This document shows positions 28,353 to 38,961 of a stretch of DNA of 64,000 nt, piece by piece. The notes under the pieces are model-generated. The model made no database searches, was not told the origin of the DNA, and saw nothing but the letters and a program-made list of their open reading frames with translations. Origin of the DNA: Myxococcales bacterium (GTDB lineage: Bacteria > Myxococcota_A > UBA9042); contig JBBISH010000008.1 in the NCBI GenBank assembly GCA_037441385.1, positions 31,040 to 95,039 of the forward strand, read 5' to 3'. Within the stretch, counting starts at the first letter, position 1. Every line of letters starts with the position of its first letter. A program made the position numbers and the translations under genes.

Positions 28353-28486
28353 GACGGTTTCCGTCCAAATCGGCTCGAAAAATTCGGCAATTCTTCGGGC
28401 CCGAACCGGGGTCCCCGCCTGATTCTCGCCGGTTGCAGACCGGGTCAGAGGAACCGTACAGGCGTGAATCAGACGGGGTTCGTATA
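28351..28486 (+). repeat. 136-bp dispersed ERIC/MITE-like repeat, copy A
   Basis: Matches 63875-64000 with one internal and two terminal differences. Ends in GTATA and overlaps the yitJ stop codon. Confidence 0.92.
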
Positions 28487-28494
28487 ACCAAGAA

Positions 28495-29073
28495 CTAGGG
28501 CTCTACGCTATCGCGCTCGGGCTCAGCCGGCGACTCGCTGCTGGCGGTGGCCGCGCCCGGAATCGGCTGCCCTGGGTCGACGACTGGCCAGCGCAAGTTG
28601 AGGGGCTGGCCGCCGCGCTGCACATCTACGGCGATTTCGCTGGCACCTTTGGCGCGCTGATAGACGGTCAGCAAGTCGCCGGGCGTCACGATGCGCTGAC
28701 CTTGCACCCGCAGGAGCAAATCGCCGGGGCGCACGTCGAAACGGCCGGCGACCGGCGAACCGTCGAACACGGACACAATGCGAAAGCCAATGAACTTGTG
28801 ATCATTTCCGCGGACCGGTTCGAGCTGCACCTTGGACAGCATCCAACCAGGACCGGCGGCCAGCACCCGGTCGAGGACGGCACGGGGAATGGCCGGGGCG
28901 TTCTGGGTCCAGTCGCCGCGGTCGGCGCGGGGGGCGCGGCTGTTGGTGCGAACCGCCCCGGAGGCGCGCCCAGCCCGGCGCGGCGGCGGCGTGTCTTCTA
29001 CATCGGGTCCCGAGCATGCGGCCAATGCGGCCAGGCAAGCGAGACCGATGAAGCGGACGAGACCGGCGGTCAC
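28495..29073 (-). CDS. Lipoprotein with a GspC-like PDZ domain
   Basis: Lipobox LAAC; FIGFRI..VRPGDLLLRVQG..VDVQRGGQ; GTGA overlap with the upstream gene. Confidence 0.75.
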   Translation of the reverse strand: MTAGLVRFIGLACLAALAACSGPDVEDTPPPRRAGRASGAVRTNSRAPRADRGDWTQNAPAIPRAVLDRVLAAGPGWMLSKVQLEPVRGNDHKFIGFRIVSVFDGSPVAGRFDVRPGDLLLRVQGQRIVTPGDLLTVYQRAKGASEIAVDVQRGGQPLNLRWPVVDPGQPIPGAATASSESPAEPERDSVEP

Positions 29074-29429
29074 GGAGCCTTGCCGCAGAAGCTTTGGCCG
29101 TCCAGCGTGCAGGGGGCGGCGGCCGAAGGGTCCGAGCTCGAGGTGCATTTGCCCGCGCTCCGGCAAGTCATTCCGCTGCGGCACTCGTTGTCGGGCGAGC
29201 AGGCGCGCATGCACCACCGCGTGTCGAAACCAAAATCGACGCACGTGGCTTCGGCTGGGCACTCGCCTTCGCGGCAGCCGACCTTGAGGCAGTAGCCGTC
29301 GGTGAAGGTGGTGTCGCAGGTCAGGGTCGTGCCGCATTGGCTGTTGTAGGTGCACTTGTCGCCGACGGCCGGCGTGCACCCCGCCGCGACGGCCAGGACC
29401 GCGATGAACCACGCAGCGCGCAAGCTCAT
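29070..29429 (-). CDS. Small Cys-rich lipoprotein
   Basis: Lipobox AAGC, many Cys, coupled by 4-nt overlaps on both sides. Confidence 0.8.
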   Translation of the reverse strand: MSLRAAWFIAVLAVAAGCTPAVGDKCTYNSQCGTTLTCDTTFTDGYCLKVGCREGECPAEATCVDFGFDTRWCMRACSPDNECRSGMTCRSAGKCTSSSDPSAAAPCTLDGQSFCGKAP

Positions 29430-29917
29430 TTGCCGCTCCCCGCGTTGGGGGCCGGGGCCGCACCCGAACCTGAACCGGCACCCGCATCGCCACCCGCACC
29501 GCCACCCGCCTCCGCGCCCGTGGGCGTGGCTGCCCCCGGCCCCAGCGCCGGCTTTCCGCCAGGGCAGGGCTGCGCGTAGGCCGCGGCCACGGCGGCGCGC
29601 GCCCAGTCGCGGTCCAGTTTGGCCGCCGCCGCGAAGGTGTCGGCGAACTCGTGCGCCGAACCGTAGCCCAAGTCCGTATAGATCTTGGGCAGCGGCGCCG
29701 CGTAGCCGATGATCTGGCAGCGGATCGTCGCAAAGTCCTTGGCCAGCTTGGCTTTGTCGACGTTCGCCGCCGTCGCCGTGGCCGGACCCGGCAGCCCGAC
29801 GCCCGCCGCACCGGCCTTGTCGGCCGCGACCGGGGGCTTGGGCGGTTCAGTCTTGCCGCAAGCCACACCGGCCAACAGCGCTGCCGCCGCCGCAAACTTT
29901 GCAGATTTCCTGAACAT
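29426..29917 (-). CDS. Lipoprotein, hypothetical
   Basis: Lipobox GVAC; starts 5 nt after the eno stop. Confidence 0.7.
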   Translation of the reverse strand: MFRKSAKFAAAAALLAGVACGKTEPPKPPVAADKAGAAGVGLPGPATATAANVDKAKLAKDFATIRCQIIGYAAPLPKIYTDLGYGSAHEFADTFAAAAKLDRDWARAAVAAAYAQPCPGGKPALGPGAATPTGAEAGGGAGGDAGAGSGSGAAPAPNAGSGK

Positions 29918-29922
29918 GCGTT

Positions 29923-31353
<1,431 letters not shown>

Positions 31354-31499
31354 GTTCGGTGGCCCGCTTCGGGCGGCGAGCAGGGTACCGCTTTGCGCCG
31401 CGGCGGGCAATCGCGAACGCGCCGTTGCGGGGCGACGGCTTGCGCGCGATGCCGCAGTTTTGTCACAGTAGCCGCGCGGCCAGCGCCGCGGAGTTCGCC

Positions 31500-32306
31500 A
31501 TGCAACGTTTCAAAGCCGCGGTCGTGCAAATGCGCTCGACCGAAGACATCGACCAGAACCTGAAGCGTGCCGGTGAGTTGGTGCGTGCCGCCGCCGCCGA
31601 CGGCGCCCAGCTCATCACCTTGCCCGAGAATTGCACCTTCCTCCGCATCAGCGCCAACTACAACGTGGGCGAGACGCTTGATGGCCGAATCGCGACCTAT
31701 TTTGCCGAGTTGGCGCGCGAGGTGCAGGCCGCCATCCTGCTGGGCTCGTTCCAAGAGCTGGCCCCCAGCGGTCACCGTGTCTACAACACCCAGGTGCTGT
31801 TTGGTCCCGACGGCGAGATCGTGCAGAAGTACCGCAAGGTTCACCTGTTCGATATCGATATCCCCGGTCAGGTCACCATGCGCGAGAGCGACAACGTGGC
31901 CCCCGGCGGCGACGCGGTGACGGCCGACCTGTTCGGCACGCGCCTGGGCATGTCGATCTGCTACGACCTGCGCTTCCCCGAGCTGTACCGCAAGCTGCTG
32001 GACGCCGGCGCCGAGGTGCTGCTCATTCCGGCCGCCTTTACCATGCAGACGGGCAAGGATCACTGGGAAGTCTTGTTGCGCGCCCGCGCCATCGAGAACC
32101 AGTGCTACGTGATCGCCGCCGGGCAGCACGGCCACCATGGCGGCGCCCGCACCAGCTATGGGCACTCGATGATTATCGATCCATGGGGACTGGTGGTTGC
32201 CCGCTGCTCGGATGGCGAGGGCTTTGCTACCGCGTGGTTGGACCCCAATCTGGTGGCCAGCGTCCGGCGCAATCTGCCCTGCGGCGAGCACCGCCGTTTC
32301 CGCTGA
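31500..32306 (+). CDS. Carbon-nitrogen hydrolase (Nit1 / deaminated glutathione amidase-like)
   Basis: LPE, YRKVHLFD and ICYDLRFPE triad motifs; ARAIENQ; GHSMIIDPWG. Confidence 0.9.
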   Translation: MQRFKAAVVQMRSTEDIDQNLKRAGELVRAAAADGAQLITLPENCTFLRISANYNVGETLDGRIATYFAELAREVQAAILLGSFQELAPSGHRVYNTQVLFGPDGEIVQKYRKVHLFDIDIPGQVTMRESDNVAPGGDAVTADLFGTRLGMSICYDLRFPELYRKLLDAGAEVLLIPAAFTMQTGKDHWEVLLRARAIENQCYVIAAGQHGHHGGARTSYGHSMIIDPWGLVVARCSDGEGFATAWLDPNLVASVRRNLPCGEHRRFR

Positions 32307-32454
32307 TCGGTCGCCCCAGTTCGCCAGGAAATCGTAGACGCGGCTCAGGTTCGCGTGGCGCTCGCCAAAAAGAGCGAGCGGCGACGCGGGGCCTTTTGAT
32401 GCGGCGGCTTTTGCGCCATACTCCTGCAATTGAACTGCGCGAGGTCGTTCCGCC

Positions 32455-34161
32455 GTGCTCAATTTTCTGAACCCGAATCTGGCCTTGGCACCTGCGGGCC
32501 GCACGTTCGGTCGCGGCTTGGCGTTGGCCCTGCTGCTGACCGCGACTGCCGCGCCGCTGGCCATCGCTCGTCCGGCGGCGGCGGCCACGGCTGGCGACAT
32601 CGAGGCCGCCAAGTCGCTGGTCGAAGACGAGAAGTATTACGACGCCTTCAGCAAGCTCGACGACATCCTCAACAGCGTCTCGCCCGGCGACCCGGCGCGC
32701 AACGCGGCGCAGCTGTTACAGGGCAAGGTGCTCATGGGCCTTGGCCTGTACCAATCGGCGCTGCGCAGCTTCGACTCGGTCAGCGTGCCGGCCGATCACC
32801 CGTTCTACAAGGAAAAGATCAAGTACTTCCTGCAGATCCAGCGCTCCGTGCCCGGAGATCTGGCGACGTTGGAGCGTCTGGCCGACGCGCCCGAAGCGGT
32901 GCACAACCAAGACGACCTGGACGAAGTGCGCTTCTTGCTCGGGCGCTACTACTACGGTGTGGGTGAATTCGACAAGGCGATCGCTAAGTTGCAGGTCATC
33001 AAGCCCAGTGCCAAGGAGTTCTACCTCAAAGCCCGCCACCTGATCGGCGTCATCTACATCACGCCCAAAATGCAGAAGTACGATCTGGCGGTCGAGGCCT
33101 TCAAAGACATCCTGCGCTTTGAAGAAATCATGGGCGCGCCCAGCTACTTTGCCCAGTACCGCGACATGGCCAACATGAGCCTGGGCCGCTTGTTCTACTC
33201 GGCCCGCCAGTTCGAGGCGGCCGGTCGCTACTACGATCGCGTTACGGAAGGCACTTCGGCCTGGCTGGACTCGCTGTTCGAGCTGGGTTGGACCTACTTC
33301 CAGATCGGCCGCATCGACCGCGTGCTGGGCCAGTTGCACACGCTGAACTCGCCGTTCTTTGAAGACCGCTATTACCCGGAAGCCCGCGTGCTCGAAGCGC
33401 TGATTCTGTTCCGCACCTGCCGTTTCAGCGAGACGCTGGTCACCGTCCAGAAGTTCTTGCGCGACTACAAGCCGCTCAAGAAGGAACTTGACGCCCAGCT
33501 GTCGGGCCAGCGCACCGACGCCGAGTTCTACGACTACCTGTTCAGCCTGTCGCGCGACAAGAAGTCGCTGTCCGTGCAGCTGCGGCGCATCTTCAACGTG
33601 GCCCTGAGCGACAAGCGCCTGCAGCGCGCCTTTGGCGCCGTGGTCCAGGCCAACGACGAGTACGCCGGCCTGGAAAAGCTCGAGCGCAACACCAAGGCGA
33701 CCGCCGCCGCCACCCAGCTCCGCGAAGACATGGGCCGCGTGCGCGCCGTGATGATCGCCGAAGCCGGCGGCCTGGCCCGCCAACGCCTGACGCGCGTGCG
33801 CGAAGACCTGACCGAAATCATTCGCCAAGGGCTGCGCATCAAGTACGAGTCGCTCAAGGCCCGCCGCGGCTCGATCAGCGACTCGGTGCGCGCCGACATG
33901 GCCGAGACCGCCAAAGCCACCACCGAGCCCCGCCAAGAGGACGAAGAGCACATCGTCTGGCCCTTTGACGGCAGCTACTGGCGCGACGAGCTGGGCGGCT
34001 ACACCTACGAGGCGCAAAGCAAGTGCACCGCCAAGGAAATTGGCCGCGCAGCCATCGGCGCTGACGCGCCCAAGGTTGGTGGCAAGGCGGGCACCAAGCT
34101 CGACAAGGCGGGCGCGTCCGGCGCGGACAAGGGCGACGACAAGGCGGAGGGCGGCAAGTGA
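32455..34161 (+). CDS. Exported TPR protein, GltC-like
   Basis: Signal peptide, TPRs, GQLHTLNSPFF..YYPE, and C-terminal WPFDGSYWRDELG, as I recall from myxobacterial GltC. Confidence 0.7.
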   Translation: MLNFLNPNLALAPAGRTFGRGLALALLLTATAAPLAIARPAAAATAGDIEAAKSLVEDEKYYDAFSKLDDILNSVSPGDPARNAAQLLQGKVLMGLGLYQSALRSFDSVSVPADHPFYKEKIKYFLQIQRSVPGDLATLERLADAPEAVHNQDDLDEVRFLLGRYYYGVGEFDKAIAKLQVIKPSAKEFYLKARHLIGVIYITPKMQKYDLAVEAFKDILRFEEIMGAPSYFAQYRDMANMSLGRLFYSARQFEAAGRYYDRVTEGTSAWLDSLFELGWTYFQIGRIDRVLGQLHTLNSPFFEDRYYPEARVLEALILFRTCRFSETLVTVQKFLRDYKPLKKELDAQLSGQRTDAEFYDYLFSLSRDKKSLSVQLRRIFNVALSDKRLQRAFGAVVQANDEYAGLEKLERNTKATAAATQLREDMGRVRAVMIAEAGGLARQRLTRVREDLTEIIRQGLRIKYESLKARRGSISDSVRADMAETAKATTEPRQEDEEHIVWPFDGSYWRDELGGYTYEAQSKCTAKEIGRAAIGADAPKVGGKAGTKLDKAGASGADKGDDKAEGGK

Positions 34162-37100
34162 TGGGCAGCTTCATGCACATTTTCGATGTCGTCCGCCGTG
34201 GCCGGTTCCGGTCCGCGCAGTTGCTGGCGGCGCTGCTCTGCACCACCTTTGTCCTGGGCGGCGGCGCGGCCCTAGCGGCCGGCAAGGGCAAGGACAAGGA
34301 CAGCGACAGCAAGCAGAAGGGCGAGGTCTCGGTCATCAAGCGCCCCAAGGTCAAGCCAGCGGACGCCACCGGCAAGCCGGGCGATGCGTCGGCCGACAAG
34401 GCGGGCGCCGGCGCCAAGAAGGACCCCAAGAAGATCGGCCCAGGTGCCCCCGAGCAGCGCCGCAGCCGCGAGAAGTCCAGTGTCGAAGACATCGACGACG
34501 AGTTGGCGATCTTGCGCGAGCTTTTGGACATCGAGCGCGGCAGCGAGACCGAGGCTGACACGCTGCTCGAAATCAGCTACGTGTTGTGGGATCGCGCGCT
34601 TGCCTACGAGTTGGAGGCCCACGACGTCAAGCTGGAGACCTGCCTGGCCAGCGACGACAAGGACGACAAGCACCGCTGTGAGATCGAGCAACAGAACCTG
34701 CTCGAACAGTCGCGCGCGGCCAAGCTGGACGTGATCAATCACTTGAAGCGCATCGAGCGCGCCTTCCCCAGGTTCGCCAAGCTGGACGAGGTGTTATACT
34801 CGCTCGCCTACCACCTGGGCGAGATCGATCGGCCCGGCGAGGCGGTGGACGCCTACATGCGCCTGGTGCGCAAGACGCCCAAGTCGAGCTATGTGCCCGA
34901 CGCATTCTTGGGCATCGGCAACTACTACTTCAGCAAGAATAACGGCAGCGAGGCCATCAAGTGGTACACCAAAGCCCTTGATTTCCCGGATGCTCCCGTG
35001 TTCGGCTGGGCGCTCTATTACATCGCGTGGGTGCACTACAACACCCAGAACTGGAAGCAGGCCGTGGCGGGCTTTGTGCGGGTGCTCGACTACAGCAAGC
35101 GCGAGGCGCGCGGCCGTGTGACCTTTGTCGAAGACGCCGGCAAGTACTTGGTCCGTTCGTGGGCCGAATTCGGCAACCCCAAGGAAGCGCTGGCATTCTT
35201 CAAGCGCGCGGCCGAAGGCAGCGAGATCATGCTGCTCGACATGCTGGCCCAGTACTACAGCGAGGTCTCGCAGTTTGCCAAGAGCAACGACGCGCTGGAC
35301 CAACTCATCGAGTTTGCCAAAGAAGATCAAGAGATGCTGCGCTTCTTGGTCTTGCGCCTGGAGAACAGCTACAAGCTCCACGACCTGAACGAGACCGTCA
35401 AGTCGGCGCTGATGGTGTCGAATGGCCTGAAGCACGGCTTCAAGGTGTCGGCCAAGCGCCTGGACGACCTGGAAATGCTGATGGCCGAGATCGCCACCAC
35501 GTTCCACGGCGAGTACGAAAACACCCAGGTCGTGACCACCCTGGAGATGGCCGAGAAGATGTACCGCCTGTACGGCGAGCACTTCGAGAAGGGCGCCAAT
35601 TCGTACGGCATGCTCTACAACCACGCCCTGGCGCTGTTTCAGCTCAAGCGCTGGACCGAGGCGGCGGCGATGTACGAGAAGGTCATCGAGGTCGAGCCCA
35701 CGGGCAAGTTTGCTGAGCCGGCGGCCCACCGCGCGCTGGTGTGCTACATCAACTTGCAGGACCTGTCGTCGGAGACCAGCGAAAAGGCTCAGGATCTGAC
35801 CGACACGCGTCCGGTGCCGCTGACCCCCGAAGAAGAGAAGGTGGCGCGCGCCTGCGAGCGCTACGTCGACACGGCCGAGAAGAACAAGATCGACGACGAA
35901 GACGTGCCCAAGGCCATGTTCATCGCCGGCCGCCTGTACTATCAGCGCAACCAGTTCGACAAGGCCGCCGCCATGCTGGGCAAATTCGTGCAGCGCTACC
36001 CGACCCACGAGTATGCGTACGATGGCGCGCGCCTGATGGTCTCGGCGCTGTGGCTGGGCCAGGACGGCAAGGGCCTGCGCGAGTGGGTGGACAAGCTCAT
36101 TCAGGACCCGCGCTTCAACCACGACAGCCTGGGCGTGACCATCACCGAGTTCAAGTCGAACGAAGAGTACAACAAGTGCATCGAGCTCAAGGATCAGCCC
36201 GTCAAGGCGGCCGAGTGCTTGGTGGCGTATGCCAACGGTTTCAAGGACAAGAACCCGGACAAGGCCGCCCAGGCCATGTCGGGCGCCGCGCGCTTTTACC
36301 GCACCGCCAAGAAGCGCGACCAGATCATCGACACCTACCGCAACCTGGCGGCCACCTTCCCCACCGACAAGCGCGCGCCGCAGTCGCTGTTCGAAATCGG
36401 CGAGATTTATCGTGAGTCCGCTGACTTCCGGCAGGCGGCCGACAGCTACGAGGCGTTCGTCAAGGCGTTCCCGACCCACGAGAAGGTGCCGCAGGCGCTG
36501 GCGACGGCGACCCGCTACCGCGAATTGCTGGGCGATTTCGACAAGGTGGTCGAAGACGGCGAGCTGTTCTTGACGACCTTCAGCAAAGACAAGCGCGCCG
36601 CCGAAGTGGCCTACAACGTGTCGGTGCAGGCCATCAACAAGGGCGACTGGAAGGGCGTCATCAAGGCTTCGGACAAGTTCTTGAAGCGCAGCGACGCCAT
36701 TCCGCTCGAGCTGCAGCTGGCGGCCATGACCAACACCGGCACCGCGCAGTTCAAGCTGAACCAGGGCGATCGCGGCTTGGCGCTGTTCAAGAAGGTGTCA
36801 GACACTGCCGAGCAGCTCCAGACCGCCGGCAAGCTGGCTGAACTGCCCACCGTGGGCCGCGACGCCATCGTGCAGGCGCTGTTCATGCGCGGTGAGCTCG
36901 AGTTCGAGAAGGTGCGCGCGCTCAAGGGCGCGCCCAAGAATTTGGAGGCCGCCACCAAGCTGGTCGCCGAGAAGGCGACCAAGGTCGCCGAAGCCGACAA
37001 GGTCTACGCCGAAGCCGAGGCGGCCAAGAACCCCAAGTGGACGGCCGCCGCGTCGAGCCGCCGTGGCCGCATTTGGCAAGACATCGCGACCAGCATCAAG

Positions 37101-38108
37101 AGCCTGCCGCCGCCGCCGGCCTTCAAGACCGACGAGCTCAAGACCGAGTGGCTGCAGCAAGTGAGCGAGAAGGCCGCGCCGCTGTTCGACCGCGCCAAGG
37201 AGCGGTACCGCGAAGCGCTGAAGAAGGCCGCCGAGATCTTCGCCTTTGACAGCTACTGGGCCGAAGCGCGCGACAACCTGAAGACTCTGGATGGCAAGTT
37301 CGCTGAGGCGACGGACATCAAGGAATTCATGGTCGAAGAAGGCTCGCTCAAGTACGACGACAGCGGCAAGCCGGGCGAAGTCATCAAAGAGACCCGCTAC
37401 AAGCTGTTCGAGCTGTCGACGGGTGCGGCGGTGGACGAGTCGGCTTCGCCGGCGCCGGCCCATGCCGAGACGACGGTGGCAGCGAACCCCGAGATGGCCA
37501 AGGCCTACACCCGCATGGCGTTTGCGCACTTTGCCCAGGGTCAGTACCGCGAGGCGCTGTTCTCGGCCTCGTACGGTATGCGCAACGCGCCCGAGCTGAA
37601 GAAGTCGGCGATGCTGTGGCGGATCCTGGCGGCGTCGTACAAAGAGCTGGGTCAGGTCCGCGAGTCGCTGGTCGCTTACGAAGAGGCGGCCAAAGCCGAC
37701 GAGAAGCAGGTGGACACGCTGCTCAACGCGGCGGCCGTCACCATGCGCTACCTGGACTTCGAGAACGCGGTGCGCTTGCTGGACGAAGTGCTCAAGCGCG
37801 ATCCCGAGAACTACTGGGCGATCGTCACCAAGCCGGTGGCCATGCGCCGCCTGAGCGACGATCCGGCCAAGGCCAAGGAAGCGCTGGCGGTGTTCGACCT
37901 GCTCGCCGAGAAAGAGACCCGGCCGCAGCTGCACTACAACCGCTGCGTGGTGGCGCAGGCCGTGCTGACCGGCGGCAAGCCCGAGCTGCAGAAGGCGCTG
38001 GAGATCTGCCAGAAGTCGCTGGAAGTGGTGGGCACCAAGTTCGCCAAGTACAAAGAACTCGAGACGCGCGTCAAGGGTCTGAAGACGACCATCGAGTTCA
38101 TGCCGTAG
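34158..38108 (+). CDS. Large exported TPR protein, GltD(AgmU)-like with a GltE(AglT)-like C-terminal extension
   Basis: Signal peptide, about 1300 aa of TPRs, GTGA coupling to the upstream gene. Confidence 0.7.
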   Translation: MMGSFMHIFDVVRRGRFRSAQLLAALLCTTFVLGGGAALAAGKGKDKDSDSKQKGEVSVIKRPKVKPADATGKPGDASADKAGAGAKKDPKKIGPGAPEQRRSREKSSVEDIDDELAILRELLDIERGSETEADTLLEISYVLWDRALAYELEAHDVKLETCLASDDKDDKHRCEIEQQNLLEQSRAAKLDVINHLKRIERAFPRFAKLDEVLYSLAYHLGEIDRPGEAVDAYMRLVRKTPKSSYVPDAFLGIGNYYFSKNNGSEAIKWYTKALDFPDAPVFGWALYYIAWVHYNTQNWKQAVAGFVRVLDYSKREARGRVTFVEDAGKYLVRSWAEFGNPKEALAFFKRAAEGSEIMLLDMLAQYYSEVSQFAKSNDALDQLIEFAKEDQEMLRFLVLRLENSYKLHDLNETVKSALMVSNGLKHGFKVSAKRLDDLEMLMAEIATTFHGEYENTQVVTTLEMAEKMYRLYGEHFEKGANSYGMLYNHALALFQLKRWTEAAAMYEKVIEVEPTGKFAEPAAHRALVCYINLQDLSSETSEKAQDLTDTRPVPLTPEEEKVARACERYVDTAEKNKIDDEDVPKAMFIAGRLYYQRNQFDKAAAMLGKFVQRYPTHEYAYDGARLMVSALWLGQDGKGLREWVDKLIQDPRFNHDSLGVTITEFKSNEEYNKCIELKDQPVKAAECLVAYANGFKDKNPDKAAQAMSGAARFYRTAKKRDQIIDTYRNLAATFPTDKRAPQSLFEIGEIYRESADFRQAADSYEAFVKAFPTHEKVPQALATATRYRELLGDFDKVVEDGELFLTTFSKDKRAAEVAYNVSVQAINKGDWKGVIKASDKFLKRSDAIPLELQLAAMTNTGTAQFKLNQGDRGLALFKKVSDTAEQLQTAGKLAELPTVGRDAIVQALFMRGELEFEKVRALKGAPKNLEAATKLVAEKATKVAEADKVYAEAEAAKNPKWTAAASSRRGRIWQDIATSIKSLPPPPAFKTDELKTEWLQQVSEKAAPLFDRAKERYREALKKAAEIFAFDSYWAEARDNLKTLDGKFAEATDIKEFMVEEGSLKYDDSGKPGEVIKETRYKLFELSTGAAVDESASPAPAHAETTVAANPEMAKAYTRMAFAHFAQGQYREALFSASYGMRNAPELKKSAMLWRILAASYKELGQVRESLVAYEEAAKADEKQVDTLLNAAAVTMRYLDFENAVRLLDEVLKRDPENYWAIVTKPVAMRRLSDDPAKAKEALAVFDLLAEKETRPQLHYNRCVVAQAVLTGGKPELQKALEICQKSLEVVGTKFAKYKELETRVKGLKTTIEFMP

Positions 38109-38166
38109 CGGGACCCGCGGTAGGCACCCGGCCGCTGTCCAAGAATCTCTTGAAATCTAGCCCGTT

Positions 38167-38958
38167 TTACGCGCGCCAGGCCGCGGCGGCCGCGATCGCC
38201 AGGTCCAGCGAGGCCAGGGCGCCGTCGGCTTCGCCTTTCTCGAAGTCGTCGCCGGACTGGGCCATGCTGTTGGTGACGTGGGCAAAGCACGCCACCGGGC
38301 ACTGGCGCGCTTGGGAAAACGCATACAGCGCGGCGGCTTCCATCTCCACGGCGAGCAACCCCTCGGCGCGGCGGGCAGCGATTGCGGCCTCGGTCTCGCG
38401 GTAGGGGGCATCGGTGGTCCACACCGCGCCTGGGCGAACCTGCAGGTGGGCGAGGGCGTCCAGGCTGCCCATGGCCGCGGCGACGGCGGGCAGGGGCTCG
38501 GCAAATGGCGCTGGCGGCAGGTAGTGGTAGCTGGTGCCCTCGTCGCGCAGCGCCCGCTGGATGCGCACGAAGCAGGGCAGGTCCAGGTCCGCCGCCAGCT
38601 GGCCGGCGGAAGTGATGCTGAGGAGCAGCTCGCCGCCGCTGGCGAAGACTTGCTCGGCCACCAGCACCGCGAACGGCGCGCCCACCGCGCAGCCGACCAG
38701 GCCCAGCTCGCAGCCGCGCCAGGTGACCGCCCACATTTCCGTGTGATAGCAGGCCCAGGCGGCCACCGGCTGCCCCAGGCCAACGCGGCGCAGGTAGCGG
38801 ACGATGTCGCCGTCGGGGTCCAGTAGCACCACCGCCGGAATCGCCGCGTGGGGCAGCCCGCGCTGGCGGCGCGCCTCGCGGAGCAAGTTGGCCGGTTGGA
38901 ACAGCGATGGCTGCTCTGGCTGCTTGTCCTCAAGAATCGGCAGGCGTGGAGCCGACAT
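38167..38958 (-). CDS. Nucleoside phosphorylase (PNP/UDP family)
   Basis: VGAP, ALRDEGTSYHY, WTTDAPYRET, VEMEAAA. Confidence 0.88.
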   Translation of the reverse strand: MSAPRLPILEDKQPEQPSLFQPANLLREARRQRGLPHAAIPAVVLLDPDGDIVRYLRRVGLGQPVAAWACYHTEMWAVTWRGCELGLVGCAVGAPFAVLVAEQVFASGGELLLSITSAGQLAADLDLPCFVRIQRALRDEGTSYHYLPPAPFAEPLPAVAAAMGSLDALAHLQVRPGAVWTTDAPYRETEAAIAARRAEGLLAVEMEAAALYAFSQARQCPVACFAHVTNSMAQSGDDFEKGEADGALASLDLAIAAAAAWRA

Positions 38959-38961
38959 AGC

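Noticed and set aside
28451..28481. GAACCGTAC/GAGCCGTAC segment of the repeat resembling group II intron domain V
   Set aside because: Only 31 nt with poor pairing, not maintained in copy B, and no domain VI, GUGYG start or reverse transcriptase.
28306..28491. Open reading frames running through the 136-bp repeat
   Set aside because: Differences between copies are largely non-synonymous, there is no RBS, and open frames are common at this GC.
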